Source: a bacterium
Lineage (GTDB): Bacteria > Patescibacteriota > Minisyncoccia > Phycocordibacterales > VMGT01
Direction of reading: 5' to 3'
Length of the DNA stretch: 64,000 bases
NCBI GenBank assembly: GCA_030697645.1
Contig: JAUYPI010000008.1
Location: 4,301 to 68,300 of the forward strand
A model generated the notes under the pieces. That model was not told the origin of the DNA, searched no databases, and saw nothing but the letters and a program-made list of their open reading frames with translations. The translations under genes were made by a program, and so were the position numbers. The stretch's first letter is position 1. The number at the start of each line of letters is the position of its first letter. Shown here piece by piece: positions 8,944 to 18,979 of the stretch.

Positions 8944-8973
8944 CTGCCCCGCTACTTTTTGGTAGCGGGGCAG
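8944..8973. terminator. bidirectional terminator hairpin between convergent histidine kinase and purM
   Basis: CTGCCCCGCTAC-TTTTTG-GTAGCGGGGCAG, a perfect 12-bp stem with A/T flanks on both sides. Confidence 0.7.
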
Positions 8974-9056
8974 ATGTGTAAAGATTTATGAGCTCTGCTT
9001 CTGTGGGACCGCCAGGTCGTAGAGCTTGAATAGTTCTACGTGGCACTCTGCAGCGC

Positions 9057-10214
9057 TCAACACGCTCGGTAGCAAATCTGTGCGCTCGAGAATTTTGAGT
9101 GGATGCTGATCCCCGGTTCGCGGTTTGCAACGACACGGCCACACACGCGAGCCTCAATGTCGTGCCGAGATGCGAGAGCGAGGAATTGCTCGTGGGTTTC
9201 TTGCGGGACCACGACGAGCCCTCCCTGCCCGCATCCCCAGACGCGGTAGCATTCTTCATCGCTCATGTTAAGCCACTCGGCACACGCTCTTATCGCCGTT
9301 GGCGGCTCCCAAAGGTCATCGAGCTCGACGGAGAGGCCGCGTGCAACAAGAAGCGGCCCGAATTTTTCCGGAATGCCGCCGCCAGTGACGTGCACGATGG
9401 CGTTCATCGGGACGCGCACTCTCTCCTCTGCGTTGGGTAGGAGGTCATACCAGCCGTTAGCCTCGACGAGAAGGCGATCATAGAGTACTGCGGGCTGGGC
9501 CGCCTCGAAGATAAACGTGCGCGCTTTGTCTTTGCGCCACCAGTGTTTGCCGAATTTTTTTCGAAGCGCCATGCGCACCGCGCTCCCCCCGTTTGATCGA
9601 AAACCATACTCGCGGAGCGCGATTATGTTGTCCCCTGCGCCTATGGCCTTGCCCGTAATCATGCGGTCGGACATGTACGCCCCGATCATGACACCGGACC
9701 AGTTGAAACGGGTCACGGAGTGCGCGATCTCTGAGCCGACGCACTGACCCATTTGTGCAGTATCCCCCCGGAGGCAAACAACATTTTGGTACGCGGCGTA
9801 GTGGCGGAGGCCGCGTAAGAGACTTCGATGCATTTCTATAACGTGGCCGCGGTCTTCTGCGGCAAGTGTGGCTACCTCGAGATTGTTAAAGAGCACGAGC
9901 GGCAGGCCGCCCCAGCGCGTGATATCGCCTCCGGTCATCGCGAGAAGGTCCGCTGCGGCACTCACATGCGAGCCCGCAGCGTCTAGGATGATCGTTTTCG
10001 TGCCGATACCGTCCGGGGCCCCGTCGAGCCAGACTTCTCGCGGATCAGGGTGTTTCAATCGAAATCCCCGCGGTCCTCGAAAGTTCTCTGAAAATTCGAC
10101 TACCTCGACAAAGGGAGAGAAGCCATACGTTTCGGCACACACCTTTTTTGCTTCTTCACTCAATTGATGCTCGAGCTCGACGTTAACGCCCGCTTTTGCA
10201 TACGACTTGCTCAT
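9057..10214 (-). CDS. purM: phosphoribosylformylglycinamidine cyclo-ligase (AIR synthetase, PurM family)
   Basis: N-terminus SKSYAKAGVNVE (PurM SYKDAGVDI), DGIGTKT and HVTGGGIPE. purB and purC are also in the window. Confidence 0.65.
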   Translation of the reverse strand: MSKSYAKAGVNVELEHQLSEEAKKVCAETYGFSPFVEVVEFSENFRGPRGFRLKHPDPREVWLDGAPDGIGTKTIILDAAGSHVSAAADLLAMTGGDITRWGGLPLVLFNNLEVATLAAEDRGHVIEMHRSLLRGLRHYAAYQNVVCLRGDTAQMGQCVGSEIAHSVTRFNWSGVMIGAYMSDRMITGKAIGAGDNIIALREYGFRSNGGSAVRMALRKKFGKHWWRKDKARTFIFEAAQPAVLYDRLLVEANGWYDLLPNAEERVRVPMNAIVHVTGGGIPEKFGPLLVARGLSVELDDLWEPPTAIRACAEWLNMSDEECYRVWGCGQGGLVVVPQETHEQFLALASRHDIEARVCGRVVANREPGISIHSKFSSAQICYRAC

Positions 10215-10551
10215 CGCTCTTTCCTTTGCTGTATACGTGTTGCGTCTAGAATCGGTCTTCTCAGCATTGCATAGCGTACATTTTTCCCGCTGTCAACGCA
10301 TAAAACTTGACGTGTTTGTTTTTATAGTGTAAACAACAATAAGAAGAAAAGTAAAGGCCATGTATCGTAACCGCTCACACCTATCACAATGCTCCGTCAC
10401 AGAACCGTCTTTGCGAGGAGTAGCGCGACGAAGCAATCCAGAGCGAGTAACGCAAAACCCCTGGATTGCTTCGCTCCTTTCAGTCGCTCGCAAAGACGGG
10501 CGTGAGTGGTTACCATGTATCTTTCCGACCATCATCTAAAGGGGGAAGGCG

Positions 10552-10839
10552 ATGGAAATCCTCGTGCTCTGGTTTCGGGAAGTTTGGTTGCGTTTTAAGC
10601 TCGCGACGATCGTTCTCCGCAAACGTGAACTGCTGCAGACCGCGACTCCTCTCGTGGCGCACTTGTTAAACATGCCGGACCAGCTTTCAGAGATTGAGAA
10701 CGTATACCGGCAGGGGATGCATGCTGCGCCTACGCAAGGGCAGCGCCAACAATGCCTGGCGATCATACAAGCGGCACGCGAGGCACGAGTTGCCGTGGAA
10801 AAACTTGTAGACGCGATTCGTGCTCTCAAGCAGGCGTAA
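10552..10839 (+). CDS. hypothetical protein
   Basis: 95-aa ORF followed by a perfect 14-bp hairpin terminator at 10864-10905. No recognisable domain. Confidence 0.4.
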   Translation: MEILVLWFREVWLRFKLATIVLRKRELLQTATPLVAHLLNMPDQLSEIENVYRQGMHAAPTQGQRQQCLAIIQAAREARVAVEKLVDAIRALKQA

Positions 10840-10863
10840 TGTTTCTGTTCGCGGTCGTAAAAG

Positions 10864-10905
10864 AATCGAGACAGCTTTCGACAAGCTGTCTCGATTTGTT
10901 TATAT
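10864..10905 (+). terminator. rho-independent terminator (AATCGAGACAGCTT-tcgac-AAGCTGTCTCGATT + TTTGTTTAT)
   Basis: Perfect stem plus a T-rich tail. Confidence 0.7.
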
Positions 10906-10988
10906 AGAGCCCGTTTAAGAGACCGCATTATGCCGTGAGTTCAATCGCGAGTTCAATTCGCAGCACTCCTCTCTTACTGCCGAATCCA

Positions 10989-11028
10989 TCGTCATAATAA
11001 AAATGCGGCCGCATTTTTATTATGACGG
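10989..11028. terminator. perfect 17-bp palindromic hairpin CGTCATAATAAAAATGCGGCCGCATTTTTATTATGACG
   Basis: Lies in the convergent intergenic region and could terminate either strand. Confidence 0.5.
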
Positions 11029-11109
11029 CGTAAAAACATATTTTGCCCGAGTGCCCGAATGTCAGAGGCAATCATGAGTAAAGTATTAAAAGCAATCATG
11101 AGCAAAATA

Positions 11110-11150
11110 AGAACGCGCGGTGAGCATGATGAGCTCACCGCGCGTTTCTT
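11110..11150 (-). terminator. terminator hairpin downstream of the E1 gene (AAGAACGCGCGGTGAGC-atgat-GAGCTCACCGCGCGTTTCTT)
   Basis: 15-bp stem with T/A runs on both sides, just 3' of the minus-strand stop at 11198. Confidence 0.65.
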
Positions 11151-11197
11151 CTTTGTCCTCTGGCTGCTCCAAGGAGGTTTTGGCAGCGTGATACTCG

Positions 11198-13432
11198 CTA
11201 CCACTCATTTTCAAGAACACGTTCCGCTGCTTCTCTGATGCGCCGTTCGTCCGGGATGTGGAAGTGCTGCATTGGGAACCCCGGCATGGTGATGTCCCAG
11301 CCGGTTACCCGCTGAATTGGCGCCTCGAGGTATTCGGGGATCATTTCCCACAGTCGCGCCGCTATTTCCGCGCCCACACCACAATGCCGCGGCGCTTCCT
11401 GGATAATCACCGCCCGGCCAGTCTTGCGGACTGATGCAGCGATCGTTTCCATATCGAGCGGTACCAGTGACGCGACGTCAACGACGTCTGACTCGACCCC
11501 TCTCTCTTCTCGCAGAAGATCTGCCACGGTGAGCGCCTTGTAGACCATTGCGCCCCATGCAATGAACGTGATCTTGGCGTCGATGCTCTCCTCGACGATA
11601 AAAGCGGTATCGAGCGGCAGTGTGTCACCTTGATCCGTGCACACCTCTTTTACCCCTCGGTAGAGGCTTATTGGTTCCAAAAAGATGACAGGGTCCTCAT
11701 CTCGAATAGCTGCGAGCAGGAGGCCGTAGGCTTTCTGTGGCGATGAGGGTACCAGCACGCGCAGCCCAGGGATGCTCGTAAAGAAAGCCTCATTACTCTC
11801 GAGATGGTGCTCCGGTGCGGGCACGCCGCCCCCCCATGGCATGCGCACTACGATCGGGCAGTGCAGCCTGCCGCGTGTGCGTGCCCGCAGACGAGTCGTG
11901 TGATTCACCAACTGGTCAATGATCGGGTACGCAAAGCCGCTGAACTGCATTTCTACGACCACCCTCATGCCGAGCGCGGCAGCGCCTGTGGCCGCACCCA
12001 TGATTCCAAGTTCAGCGAGTGGCGTATCAACGACGCGCGTCTTCCCGAATCGCCCGAGCAATCCTTCTGTTGCCCGGAATACGCCGCGACTCTTTCCCAT
12101 GTCTTCCCCCCAAAGCACCACGCGCTCATCGCGGGACATTTCGTAGACGAGTGCTTGGTTGAGCGCCGTGATCATAGTTATCCCTTTAGGGTCTCCATAG
12201 ATCGTCTCAATTGGTATATTGATAACCCCGCTCGCCTCAGAGGCGAGCTGCTTTCTGGGGCTGTCCCGGATGGTAGAAAGGTTCTTCCCCCCATAGAGCG
12301 CGTGCACTTCCTCACGCTCGGCGAGAATACTCTTCGGCAATTTTTCCATTTGGTAGTCGAAGAGTGTCGTTGGAGATTCCCGCACCGTGGAGAGGTAGCG
12401 ATCTGCCGCTTTTTCAACGAGCTCGCTACTCTCAGCCTGGAGTTTTTCTTCGTCATTTTCGCTCCACAGCCCACGGCCTGTCAAATATGCTCTGAGACGC
12501 CGTATGGGGTCATTCAGGCGTGCCTGCTCTACCTCTTCCTTCGGGCGATAGTGCTCTGGGACATCGGCGGTTGTGTGAGCGCCAAGACGGTAGGTGATCG
12601 CCTCGATGACGCTCGGCCCCATGCCGCGTCGTGCCCGCTCGATAGCGGCGCGCACTACGGTGTAGACCGCGAGGACATCATTACCATCCACTTGTTCGCA
12701 ATGTCTGATGCCGGCGGCAATACCCTTCTGCGCAAGCGTCTCTGCCGCAGTTTGCCCCGTGCGCGGCATCGAGATCGCCCACTGGTTGTTGGTGATGATA
12801 AAAACAATGGGTGCTTGCCAGAGTGCGGCGAAGTTCATCGCCTCATAGGTGTCGCCTTTCGACGTACCACCATCTCCCACCGTGGTGACAACCACTCTCT
12901 TCTCTCGACCTTGCATGAAGTAGCGACATACCCCGGCAGCGCCGCTTGCGTGCAAGGTCTGCGAGGCGATCGGGATTGCCGGTGGAAAATCAAGACTGTG
13001 GTAGAGCGACAGCGGGTCATTTGCCCGCGTGTCTCCTAACCAAAAAAGGAGAGAGCGTACCATGGCGTCGATTTTCTTGTCGCCCTCGGCAAAGGTAATG
13101 AGCGCGGCGGTTTGGCGATAGTGCGGTATGTGGATATCAACCGTACTCATGGCACTTGCATATCCTACCCCGACCGCCTCTTCGCCTTCGGAGCAGGCAA
13201 AGGTGCCGAGCTGCCCCTGCCGCTGCAGCGCAATAGCCTTTTTATCAAAGACCCTGGTAAGTACCATGTCGCGGTACCACACTACCAACCGGTCTGTATC
13301 GTATGTCAACGCTTCTGGTATGTCGGAGGTCACGGTGCCGTCTGGGGAGAGATACTGTGTGTAATTGATCGTAAATCGGGCGACTTCTTTTCTCATACGA
13401 GACACCTCACGTAGGTGTTTTTTCTTATTCAC
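11198..13432 (-). CDS. fused alpha/beta E1 component of a 2-oxoacid (pyruvate/branched-chain) dehydrogenase, TPP-dependent
   Basis: The N-terminal half has the E1-alpha TPP-binding region (GQLGTFACSEGEEAVGVG ... TVGDGGTSKGD). The C-terminal half is E1-beta/transketolase-like (MITALNQALVYEMSRDERVVLWGEDMG ... MQFSGFAYPIIDQLVNH). Confidence 0.85.
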   Translation of the reverse strand: MNKKKHLREVSRMRKEVARFTINYTQYLSPDGTVTSDIPEALTYDTDRLVVWYRDMVLTRVFDKKAIALQRQGQLGTFACSEGEEAVGVGYASAMSTVDIHIPHYRQTAALITFAEGDKKIDAMVRSLLFWLGDTRANDPLSLYHSLDFPPAIPIASQTLHASGAAGVCRYFMQGREKRVVVTTVGDGGTSKGDTYEAMNFAALWQAPIVFIITNNQWAISMPRTGQTAAETLAQKGIAAGIRHCEQVDGNDVLAVYTVVRAAIERARRGMGPSVIEAITYRLGAHTTADVPEHYRPKEEVEQARLNDPIRRLRAYLTGRGLWSENDEEKLQAESSELVEKAADRYLSTVRESPTTLFDYQMEKLPKSILAEREEVHALYGGKNLSTIRDSPRKQLASEASGVINIPIETIYGDPKGITMITALNQALVYEMSRDERVVLWGEDMGKSRGVFRATEGLLGRFGKTRVVDTPLAELGIMGAATGAAALGMRVVVEMQFSGFAYPIIDQLVNHTTRLRARTRGRLHCPIVVRMPWGGGVPAPEHHLESNEAFFTSIPGLRVLVPSSPQKAYGLLLAAIRDEDPVIFLEPISLYRGVKEVCTDQGDTLPLDTAFIVEESIDAKITFIAWGAMVYKALTVADLLREERGVESDVVDVASLVPLDMETIAASVRKTGRAVIIQEAPRHCGVGAEIAARLWEMIPEYLEAPIQRVTGWDITMPGFPMQHFHIPDERRIREAAERVLENEW

Positions 13433-13667
13433 TTTCGTGGAACCTACCCTGTAGCCTTCATACTCTGAAGACCTGGCGCTGTCAACTGCGGGCAGTTATG
13501 CACAACCGCTTGCGACGGAGAAGAGAAGTATGCGTGGTATACTGATCACATGCGCGCGAACTTCCGAGTGTCGAGCGGTTGCGGATTGTTGCATACCCGA
13601 ACGCCATACCCATACAGTGTGCGATACCGAACGGTGATGGTTATCTTCCGAAGTTCCGTGTAAATGT

Positions 13668-14900
13668 GTGCAACACACACCAAAAGTGCTCATGATCGGC
13701 TGGGAACTGCCGCCCTTTAACAGCGGCGGGCTTGGTGTTGCTTGCTACGGGCTCGCCAAAGCGCTTGCCGGACGCGGGACGGACATACTCTTCACGCTCC
13801 CGCACGAGGCAGCAGTCTCGGCGCCGTTCATGAGAGTGTGGTTTGCGGGAAGCGAGGTTTCGAGAGCAGCGGCGAAGTTCACCGCATACAGTTCTGTCGG
13901 GCCGCGAGGCACTCGGGCGCGAGGCATGGAACAGGGCGGTAACACGCTTTTTGATACGGTGTATGCTTACGCTCGCGCGGTGCGCGAGCGTGCGATGAGA
14001 GAGCACTTCGACCTCATCCACGCGCACGACTGGCTCACGTTTCCAGCGGGGCTTGCCGCGGCGGAGGCGACGGGAAAACCTTTGATTACGCACGTCCATG
14101 CGACCGAGTTTGACCGCACCGGCGGCCGGGGCGCGAACAGTGAGGTGTATCGGATTGAACGTGAGGCCTTCGAGGGAGCAGAGCGCGTTGCGACGGTGAG
14201 CAACTACACGCGGGAGCTCGTCGCGCGAAACTACAGTGTCGATCCGGACAAAATTTCAGTGCTGCACAACGGCATTGATCCGGAAGAATTCAAGGCGGGG
14301 CAGGGGAGGATCGAGGCCCTCCGGCGCCTGCGCGAGCGGGGCGCGAAAATTGTTCTTTTTGTCGGACGGCTCACGATACAGAAAGGGCCGGATTATTTTA
14401 TCGCTGCCGCCGCACGCACGCTCGCGCATCGCCCGAACACCTATTTTGTTATCGCGGGATCCGGCGATATGGAACGGCAAATAATAGAAGAGGCCGCCTA
14501 TCGGCGGATCGCGGAGCGGGTGCTCTTTACGGGATTTGTTCGCGGCGATGAGCGCGACGCGCTCTACCGAGCGGCGGATGTCTACGTGATGCCCTCGGTT
14601 TCGGAGCCGTTCGGCATCACGGCGCTTGAAGCTATCGGGTACGGCGTGCCGGCAATCGTCTCGAAGCAAAGCGGCGTGCGCGAAGTCTCGCCGCACATGC
14701 TGCTTGCCGATTTTTGGGACGTCGACGAGCTCGCGAACAAAATTATTGCCGTCATAGACCACCCCGCCCTCACCGACACCCTGCGCGAGCACAGCATCAA
14801 GGACGTCCTGCGGGCCACGTGGGATAGGACGGCGGAGAAATGCCTTGAGATGTATCGGGGCTTACTTGCGGGGCAAGCGTATGCAGCGGGCTGTGCATGA
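13668..14900 (+). CDS. GT4-family glycosyltransferase (glycogen-synthase-like)
   Basis: Retaining GT-B glycosyltransferase motifs: HAHDWLTF, GRLTIQKGPDY, EPFGITALEA. Followed by GH57 and GH15 genes. Confidence 0.8.
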   Translation: MQHTPKVLMIGWELPPFNSGGLGVACYGLAKALAGRGTDILFTLPHEAAVSAPFMRVWFAGSEVSRAAAKFTAYSSVGPRGTRARGMEQGGNTLFDTVYAYARAVRERAMREHFDLIHAHDWLTFPAGLAAAEATGKPLITHVHATEFDRTGGRGANSEVYRIEREAFEGAERVATVSNYTRELVARNYSVDPDKISVLHNGIDPEEFKAGQGRIEALRRLRERGAKIVLFVGRLTIQKGPDYFIAAAARTLAHRPNTYFVIAGSGDMERQIIEEAAYRRIAERVLFTGFVRGDERDALYRAADVYVMPSVSEPFGITALEAIGYGVPAIVSKQSGVREVSPHMLLADFWDVDELANKIIAVIDHPALTDTLREHSIKDVLRATWDRTAEKCLEMYRGLLAGQAYAAGCA

Positions 14901-14925
14901 AGGAACCAATCAGTTCAAGGCGTCT

Positions 14926-15030
14926 AAATTTTCAATTATCAATTTACAATTTTCAATCAATTTTCAATGACACAATTTTCAAACACGACGTCGTCGTTTT
15001 GAAAATTAGAAATTGAAAATTGGTAATTGT
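14926..15030. repeat. family A palindromic element with ACACGACGTCGTCGTTTT core
   Basis: TAAATTTTCAATTATCAATTTACAATTTTCAATCAATTTTCAATGACACAATTTTCAAACACGACGTCGTCGTTTTGAAAATTAGAAATTGAAAATTGGTAATTG. Confidence 0.8.
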
Positions 15031-15036
15031 GTAAAC

Positions 15037-16335
15037 ATGCCTTCCGTCTGCTTCTACTTCCAAGTCCATCAGCCGATGCGCATTCGCCGCTTCAGGGTGT
15101 TTGATGTGGGCAACGACCACGGGTACTTCGACGAGGGGAGCGGTGCGAGAACAGACAATCGCGCGGTGCTCGAAAAGGTGGCGCGCAAGTCATATCTTCC
15201 CACGAACCGACTGCTCCTCGCCCTCCTCGAGCGCCATCCGGAATTTCGCGTGAGTTTTTCGCTCTCGGGAGTTCTCCTCGAGCAGCTCGAGCGCTACGAG
15301 CCGGACGTACTTGCCTCGTTTCAAGCCCTGGTGAAGACCGGCCGCGTCGAGCTCCTCGCCGAGACCTATTACCACTCGCTCTCTTTTCTTTTCTCACGGG
15401 AAGAATTCGAGCGGCAGGTGCGACTCCATGAGCGTTTAATCAAAAGATTGTTCGGCGTTCGGCCGCGCGTGTTCCGCAATACCGAGCTCATTTACCACAA
15501 TGACATCGGGCGAGTGGTGAGTGCGATGGGTTACAGCGGCATACTTGCCGAAGGCGCGGATCACATTCTCGGCTGGCGGAGCCCGTGCTTTCTCTACCGG
15601 CCGAAAGGAGTGTCGCGGACAGCGCTCCTCCTCAAGAATTACCGCCTCTCGGACGATATCGCATTTCGCTTCGGTGAGCGTTCATGGAAAGAGTACCCAC
15701 TGACAGCCGGCAAATTCGCCGATTGGGTCGAATCACACAACGGAGGCGGAAACCTGATCAATCTCTTTATGGACTACGAGACATTCGGGGAGCACCAATG
15801 GGAGGACACCGGCATTTTTGCATTTCTTGAGCATCTGCCTCGCGAGCTCCTGCGCCGCCGCGATACTGATTTTGTGACGCCATCCGAGGCGATCCGCCGG
15901 TACCGGCCGGTCGCCGAGCTCGACGTGCCGCACTACGTCTCGTGGGCCGATATCGAGCGCGATCTCTCAGCATGGCGCGGCAATGCCCTGCAGGAGCAGG
16001 CCTTGAGGGAGCTCTACTCACTTGAGCGCGATGCGCTCGCGAGCCGCGACCCCGTACTCATCGAAGATTGGCGTCGGCTCCAGACCTCCGACCACTTTTA
16101 CTACATGTGCACGAAGTGGTTTGCGGACGGCGATGTGCACAAATACTTCAATCCGTACGAGTCGCCGTATGACGCATTTATCTCATACATGAATGTGCTT
16201 GCGGACCTGCGGCTGCGCCTTGGTGGCGTTTCGGGTCGGAGCCGCGCAGGGCCGATTGCGCGAATACGCGAGTGGGGCACTCTGATCCGCTCCCCGCTAT
16301 CGTTTTTGAAAAACGTCGTATCATTATCAGCGTAA
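15037..16335 (+). CDS. glycoside hydrolase family 57 (alpha-amylase / 4-alpha-glucanotransferase-like)
   Basis: GH57 hallmark N-terminus VCFYFQVHQPMRIRRF (HQP motif). An earlier TTG in the ORF lies inside the palindrome and was not used. Confidence 0.8.
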   Translation: MPSVCFYFQVHQPMRIRRFRVFDVGNDHGYFDEGSGARTDNRAVLEKVARKSYLPTNRLLLALLERHPEFRVSFSLSGVLLEQLERYEPDVLASFQALVKTGRVELLAETYYHSLSFLFSREEFERQVRLHERLIKRLFGVRPRVFRNTELIYHNDIGRVVSAMGYSGILAEGADHILGWRSPCFLYRPKGVSRTALLLKNYRLSDDIAFRFGERSWKEYPLTAGKFADWVESHNGGGNLINLFMDYETFGEHQWEDTGIFAFLEHLPRELLRRRDTDFVTPSEAIRRYRPVAELDVPHYVSWADIERDLSAWRGNALQEQALRELYSLERDALASRDPVLIEDWRRLQTSDHFYYMCTKWFADGDVHKYFNPYESPYDAFISYMNVLADLRLRLGGVSGRSRAGPIARIREWGTLIRSPLSFLKNVVSLSA

Positions 16336-16349
16336 TATAAGTTAATACC

Positions 16350-16655
16350 ATGTCATTTATGGCAACAGTCAAACGAACACTCGGAAGCAAGAAGCTCTCA
16401 AGTAGAGCGATGCACGAGGTGACCGGCGCCGCCTGTTTCTGGGTCAATAACGGACCGATTCTCTGCAGCCTGCGCGATTTGCACACCGCGCTCGGCGTGA
16501 TGACCAAAAAGCAGTTTGAGCACCACGCGCGAGCGCAACACAACGACTTCGCATCATGGGCGGAGGGCGTCTTTGCCGACAAGGCGCTCGCTCTGAGGCT
16601 CCGTCGCGCAAAGACCCCGGCAGGAATGCGCAAGGCGCTCGCGGCGTACCTGTAA
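16350..16655 (+). CDS. hypothetical protein within the glucan cluster
   Basis: 101-aa ORF with genome-typical codon usage, between GH57 and GH15. No recognisable motif. Confidence 0.45.
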   Translation: MSFMATVKRTLGSKKLSSRAMHEVTGAACFWVNNGPILCSLRDLHTALGVMTKKQFEHHARAQHNDFASWAEGVFADKALALRLRRAKTPAGMRKALAAYL

Positions 16656-16658
16656 CGT

Positions 16659-16793
16659 AAATTTCCAATTTTCAATTTTGCAATTTTCAATCAATTTTCA
16701 ATGGATCAATGATTCAATGACGGACGCCGTCGCGTTTGAAAATTGCGTCATTGAAAATTCATTGGAAATTGAAAATTGTACATTGAAAATTTT
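16659..16793. repeat. family A palindromic element with GACGGACGCCGTCGCG core
   Basis: AATTTCCAATTTTCAATTTTGCAATTTTCAATCAATTTTCAATGGATCAATGATTCAATGACGGACGCCGTCGCGTTTGAAAATTGCGTCATTGAAAATTCATTGGAAATTGAAAATTGTACATTGAAAATTTT. Confidence 0.8.
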
Positions 16794-16801
16794 ACACTCC
16801 C

Positions 16802-18757
16802 ATGCCCTTATCCTTAGTCCTCGGCAACGGTGAAATGCTCGTCGGGCTTGACAACAAAGGTCAAGTGCGGGATCTCTATCAGCCGCACCCCGGGCTCGAG
16901 AACCACGTCGGAGCAGCATGCGTGCATCGGATCGGCGTATTCGTTGACGGCAGGTTCTCATGGCTCTCGGAGGAGAGCTGGCGCGTCGGCATTATCTACG
17001 AGCCGCAAACGCTCGTTTCCGAGATACAAGCGGTTCATGCCGGGCTCGGCGTCCAGCTCCATTTCACCGATGTTGTCTACAACGAGGAGCCGATTTTTGT
17101 GCGGCGGCTACGCGTACGGCAGACGGGGAGAGAGCCGCGCACGATCAAAATATTCTTCCACCAACAGTTTCAGATTTACGGCACGGCGTATGGCAATACG
17201 GCGCTCTACGATCCGAAAAACGCCTCGATCGTCCACTATCGCGGTCGGAGAGTATTTTTAGTGAGCGGCATTCGTGGGGGTAAGAGTTTTGACGACTTCA
17301 GCATCGGCGTCGCGGGAATCGAGGGTAAAGAAGGGACCTGGCGGGACGCTGAAGACGGCGCACTCTCGAAAAACGCCGTTGAGCACGGAGCGGTTGATTC
17401 CGTGATTGCGTTTACGCTCCCGACAGGCAGCGAGCAGAGCGAAATCTACTACTGGATCGCTGCCGGGGCGACGCTCGCCGAGGCGCGGGAGCGCCACGAT
17501 CTCATCAAACTTCGCTCGCCGGAGCACATCATCGAGAGTACCGGCGATTTTTGGAGGGCATGGAGCAGGGCTGGCGAGCGAGGTCTCGAGAAACTTCCCG
17601 CAAAGATTGCCGGACTATTTACGACATCGCTCCTCGTGATCCGCGCGCACCTCGATCATGAAGGGGGCATTATTGCATCTGCGGATTCCGAAATGCTGAA
17701 GTATGGCAGGGATAGCTATGCATATGTCTGGATGCGCGATGCCGCATTGGCGGCGAGAGCGCTTGACTGCGCGGGCTACCCCGACACCGCCGAGCCGTTT
17801 TATCAGTTTTGCGCGGACACGCTTATGCCCGAAGGGTACTTTTATCACAAGTATCTACCGGACAAATCGCTCGGAAGCTCCTGGCATCCATGGGTGCGGG
17901 GGGGGAAGGAGCAGCTTGGTATCCAGGAGGACCAGACGGCGACGGTGCTCTTTGAGCTGTGGGGCCACTACGAGTCGAGCCGCAATCTTGAGTTTATTGA
18001 GCGGCTCTACAATCCTCTGATTAAGCGAACGGCCACGTTTCTTGTAACCTACCGTGACCGAGCGACGGGCCTGCCGCTTCCGAGCTATGACCTCTGGGAG
18101 GAGCGCTATGGCGTGTCCACATATACTGCAGCGTCCGTCTTTGGGGGCCTCAGAGCCGCGGCCCGTTTTGCGGAGCTTCTCGGGAAGGAGCAGGACGCGC
18201 GTGATTTTAGCAGCGCGGCAGAAGAAGTTCGGACAGGCATCCTGAAATACCTCATAAACTCCGAGACTGGATACTTCCTCAAGCAGATTTCCTACGAGCA
18301 CGATGAACCGATGTCCGATCCGACGCTTGATACCGCGGGTTTTGCCGGGGTCTTTCGCTTCGGCATCCTAGAGCCCGACGACAAGCGGCTCCGCAAGGCC
18401 GCCGAGTCTCTCAGGGATTGGCTCTGCTGCAAGACCCCGTTTGGCGGCGCAGCGCGCTACGAGGGAGATATGTACTATCGCGCTGATGCGCGGCTGCCGG
18501 GTAACCCCTGGATAATTTCAACGCTCTGGTATGCGCAGTACTTGATTGCAATCGCCGAAAAGACGCGTGAACTTGAAGAAGCGCTGGTTTGGCTGAACTG
18601 GACCGTTGATCGCGCGAATGGCGCCGGCATGCTGCCCGAGCAAGTTGACCCGCATACCGGCGCGCCAGTCTCCGCCTCGCCTCTGGTCTGGAGCCACGCG
18701 GAGTTTGTGTATACCGTTCTCCAATACCTTGCCAAATTGAAAGAATTGGAGAAGTAG
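16802..18757 (+). CDS. glycoside hydrolase family 15 (glucoamylase/glucodextranase-like)
   Basis: (alpha/alpha)6-barrel GH15 signatures (YAYVWMRDAALAARAL, LWEERYGVSTYTAASV) with an N-terminal beta-sandwich domain. Confidence 0.8.
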   Translation: MPLSLVLGNGEMLVGLDNKGQVRDLYQPHPGLENHVGAACVHRIGVFVDGRFSWLSEESWRVGIIYEPQTLVSEIQAVHAGLGVQLHFTDVVYNEEPIFVRRLRVRQTGREPRTIKIFFHQQFQIYGTAYGNTALYDPKNASIVHYRGRRVFLVSGIRGGKSFDDFSIGVAGIEGKEGTWRDAEDGALSKNAVEHGAVDSVIAFTLPTGSEQSEIYYWIAAGATLAEARERHDLIKLRSPEHIIESTGDFWRAWSRAGERGLEKLPAKIAGLFTTSLLVIRAHLDHEGGIIASADSEMLKYGRDSYAYVWMRDAALAARALDCAGYPDTAEPFYQFCADTLMPEGYFYHKYLPDKSLGSSWHPWVRGGKEQLGIQEDQTATVLFELWGHYESSRNLEFIERLYNPLIKRTATFLVTYRDRATGLPLPSYDLWEERYGVSTYTAASVFGGLRAAARFAELLGKEQDARDFSSAAEEVRTGILKYLINSETGYFLKQISYEHDEPMSDPTLDTAGFAGVFRFGILEPDDKRLRKAAESLRDWLCCKTPFGGAARYEGDMYYRADARLPGNPWIISTLWYAQYLIAIAEKTRELEEALVWLNWTVDRANGAGMLPEQVDPHTGAPVSASPLVWSHAEFVYTVLQYLAKLKELEK

Positions 18758-18788
18758 CAACAGATTTGGAAAGATGGGTTGAAGGGTA

Positions 18789-18917
18789 AAATTTTCAATG
18801 TACAATTTTCAATTTTCAATCAATTTTGCAATGACACAATTTTCAAACACGACGTCGTCCGTCACTCAGTCATTGACACGTTGAAAATTGATTGAAAATT
18901 GCAAAATTGAAAATTTT
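18789..18917. repeat. family A palindromic element with ACACGACGTCGTCCGTCA core
   Basis: AAATTTTCAATGTACAATTTTCAATTTTCAATCAATTTTGCAATGACACAATTTTCAAACACGACGTCGTCCGTCACTCAGTCATTGACACGTTGAAAATTGATTGAAAATTGCAAAATTGAAAATTTTT. Confidence 0.8.
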
Positions 18918-18979
18918 TGGCATGCTACGAGTTGGGTATGTGGATAAGTCAACAGTGGTTGATGGTGTATGATTTAATC

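Noticed and set aside
11804-13039. 411-aa plus-strand ORF
   Set aside because: Entirely antisense to the well-supported fused E1 alpha/beta gene. Cys/Arg/Pro-rich shadow ORF.
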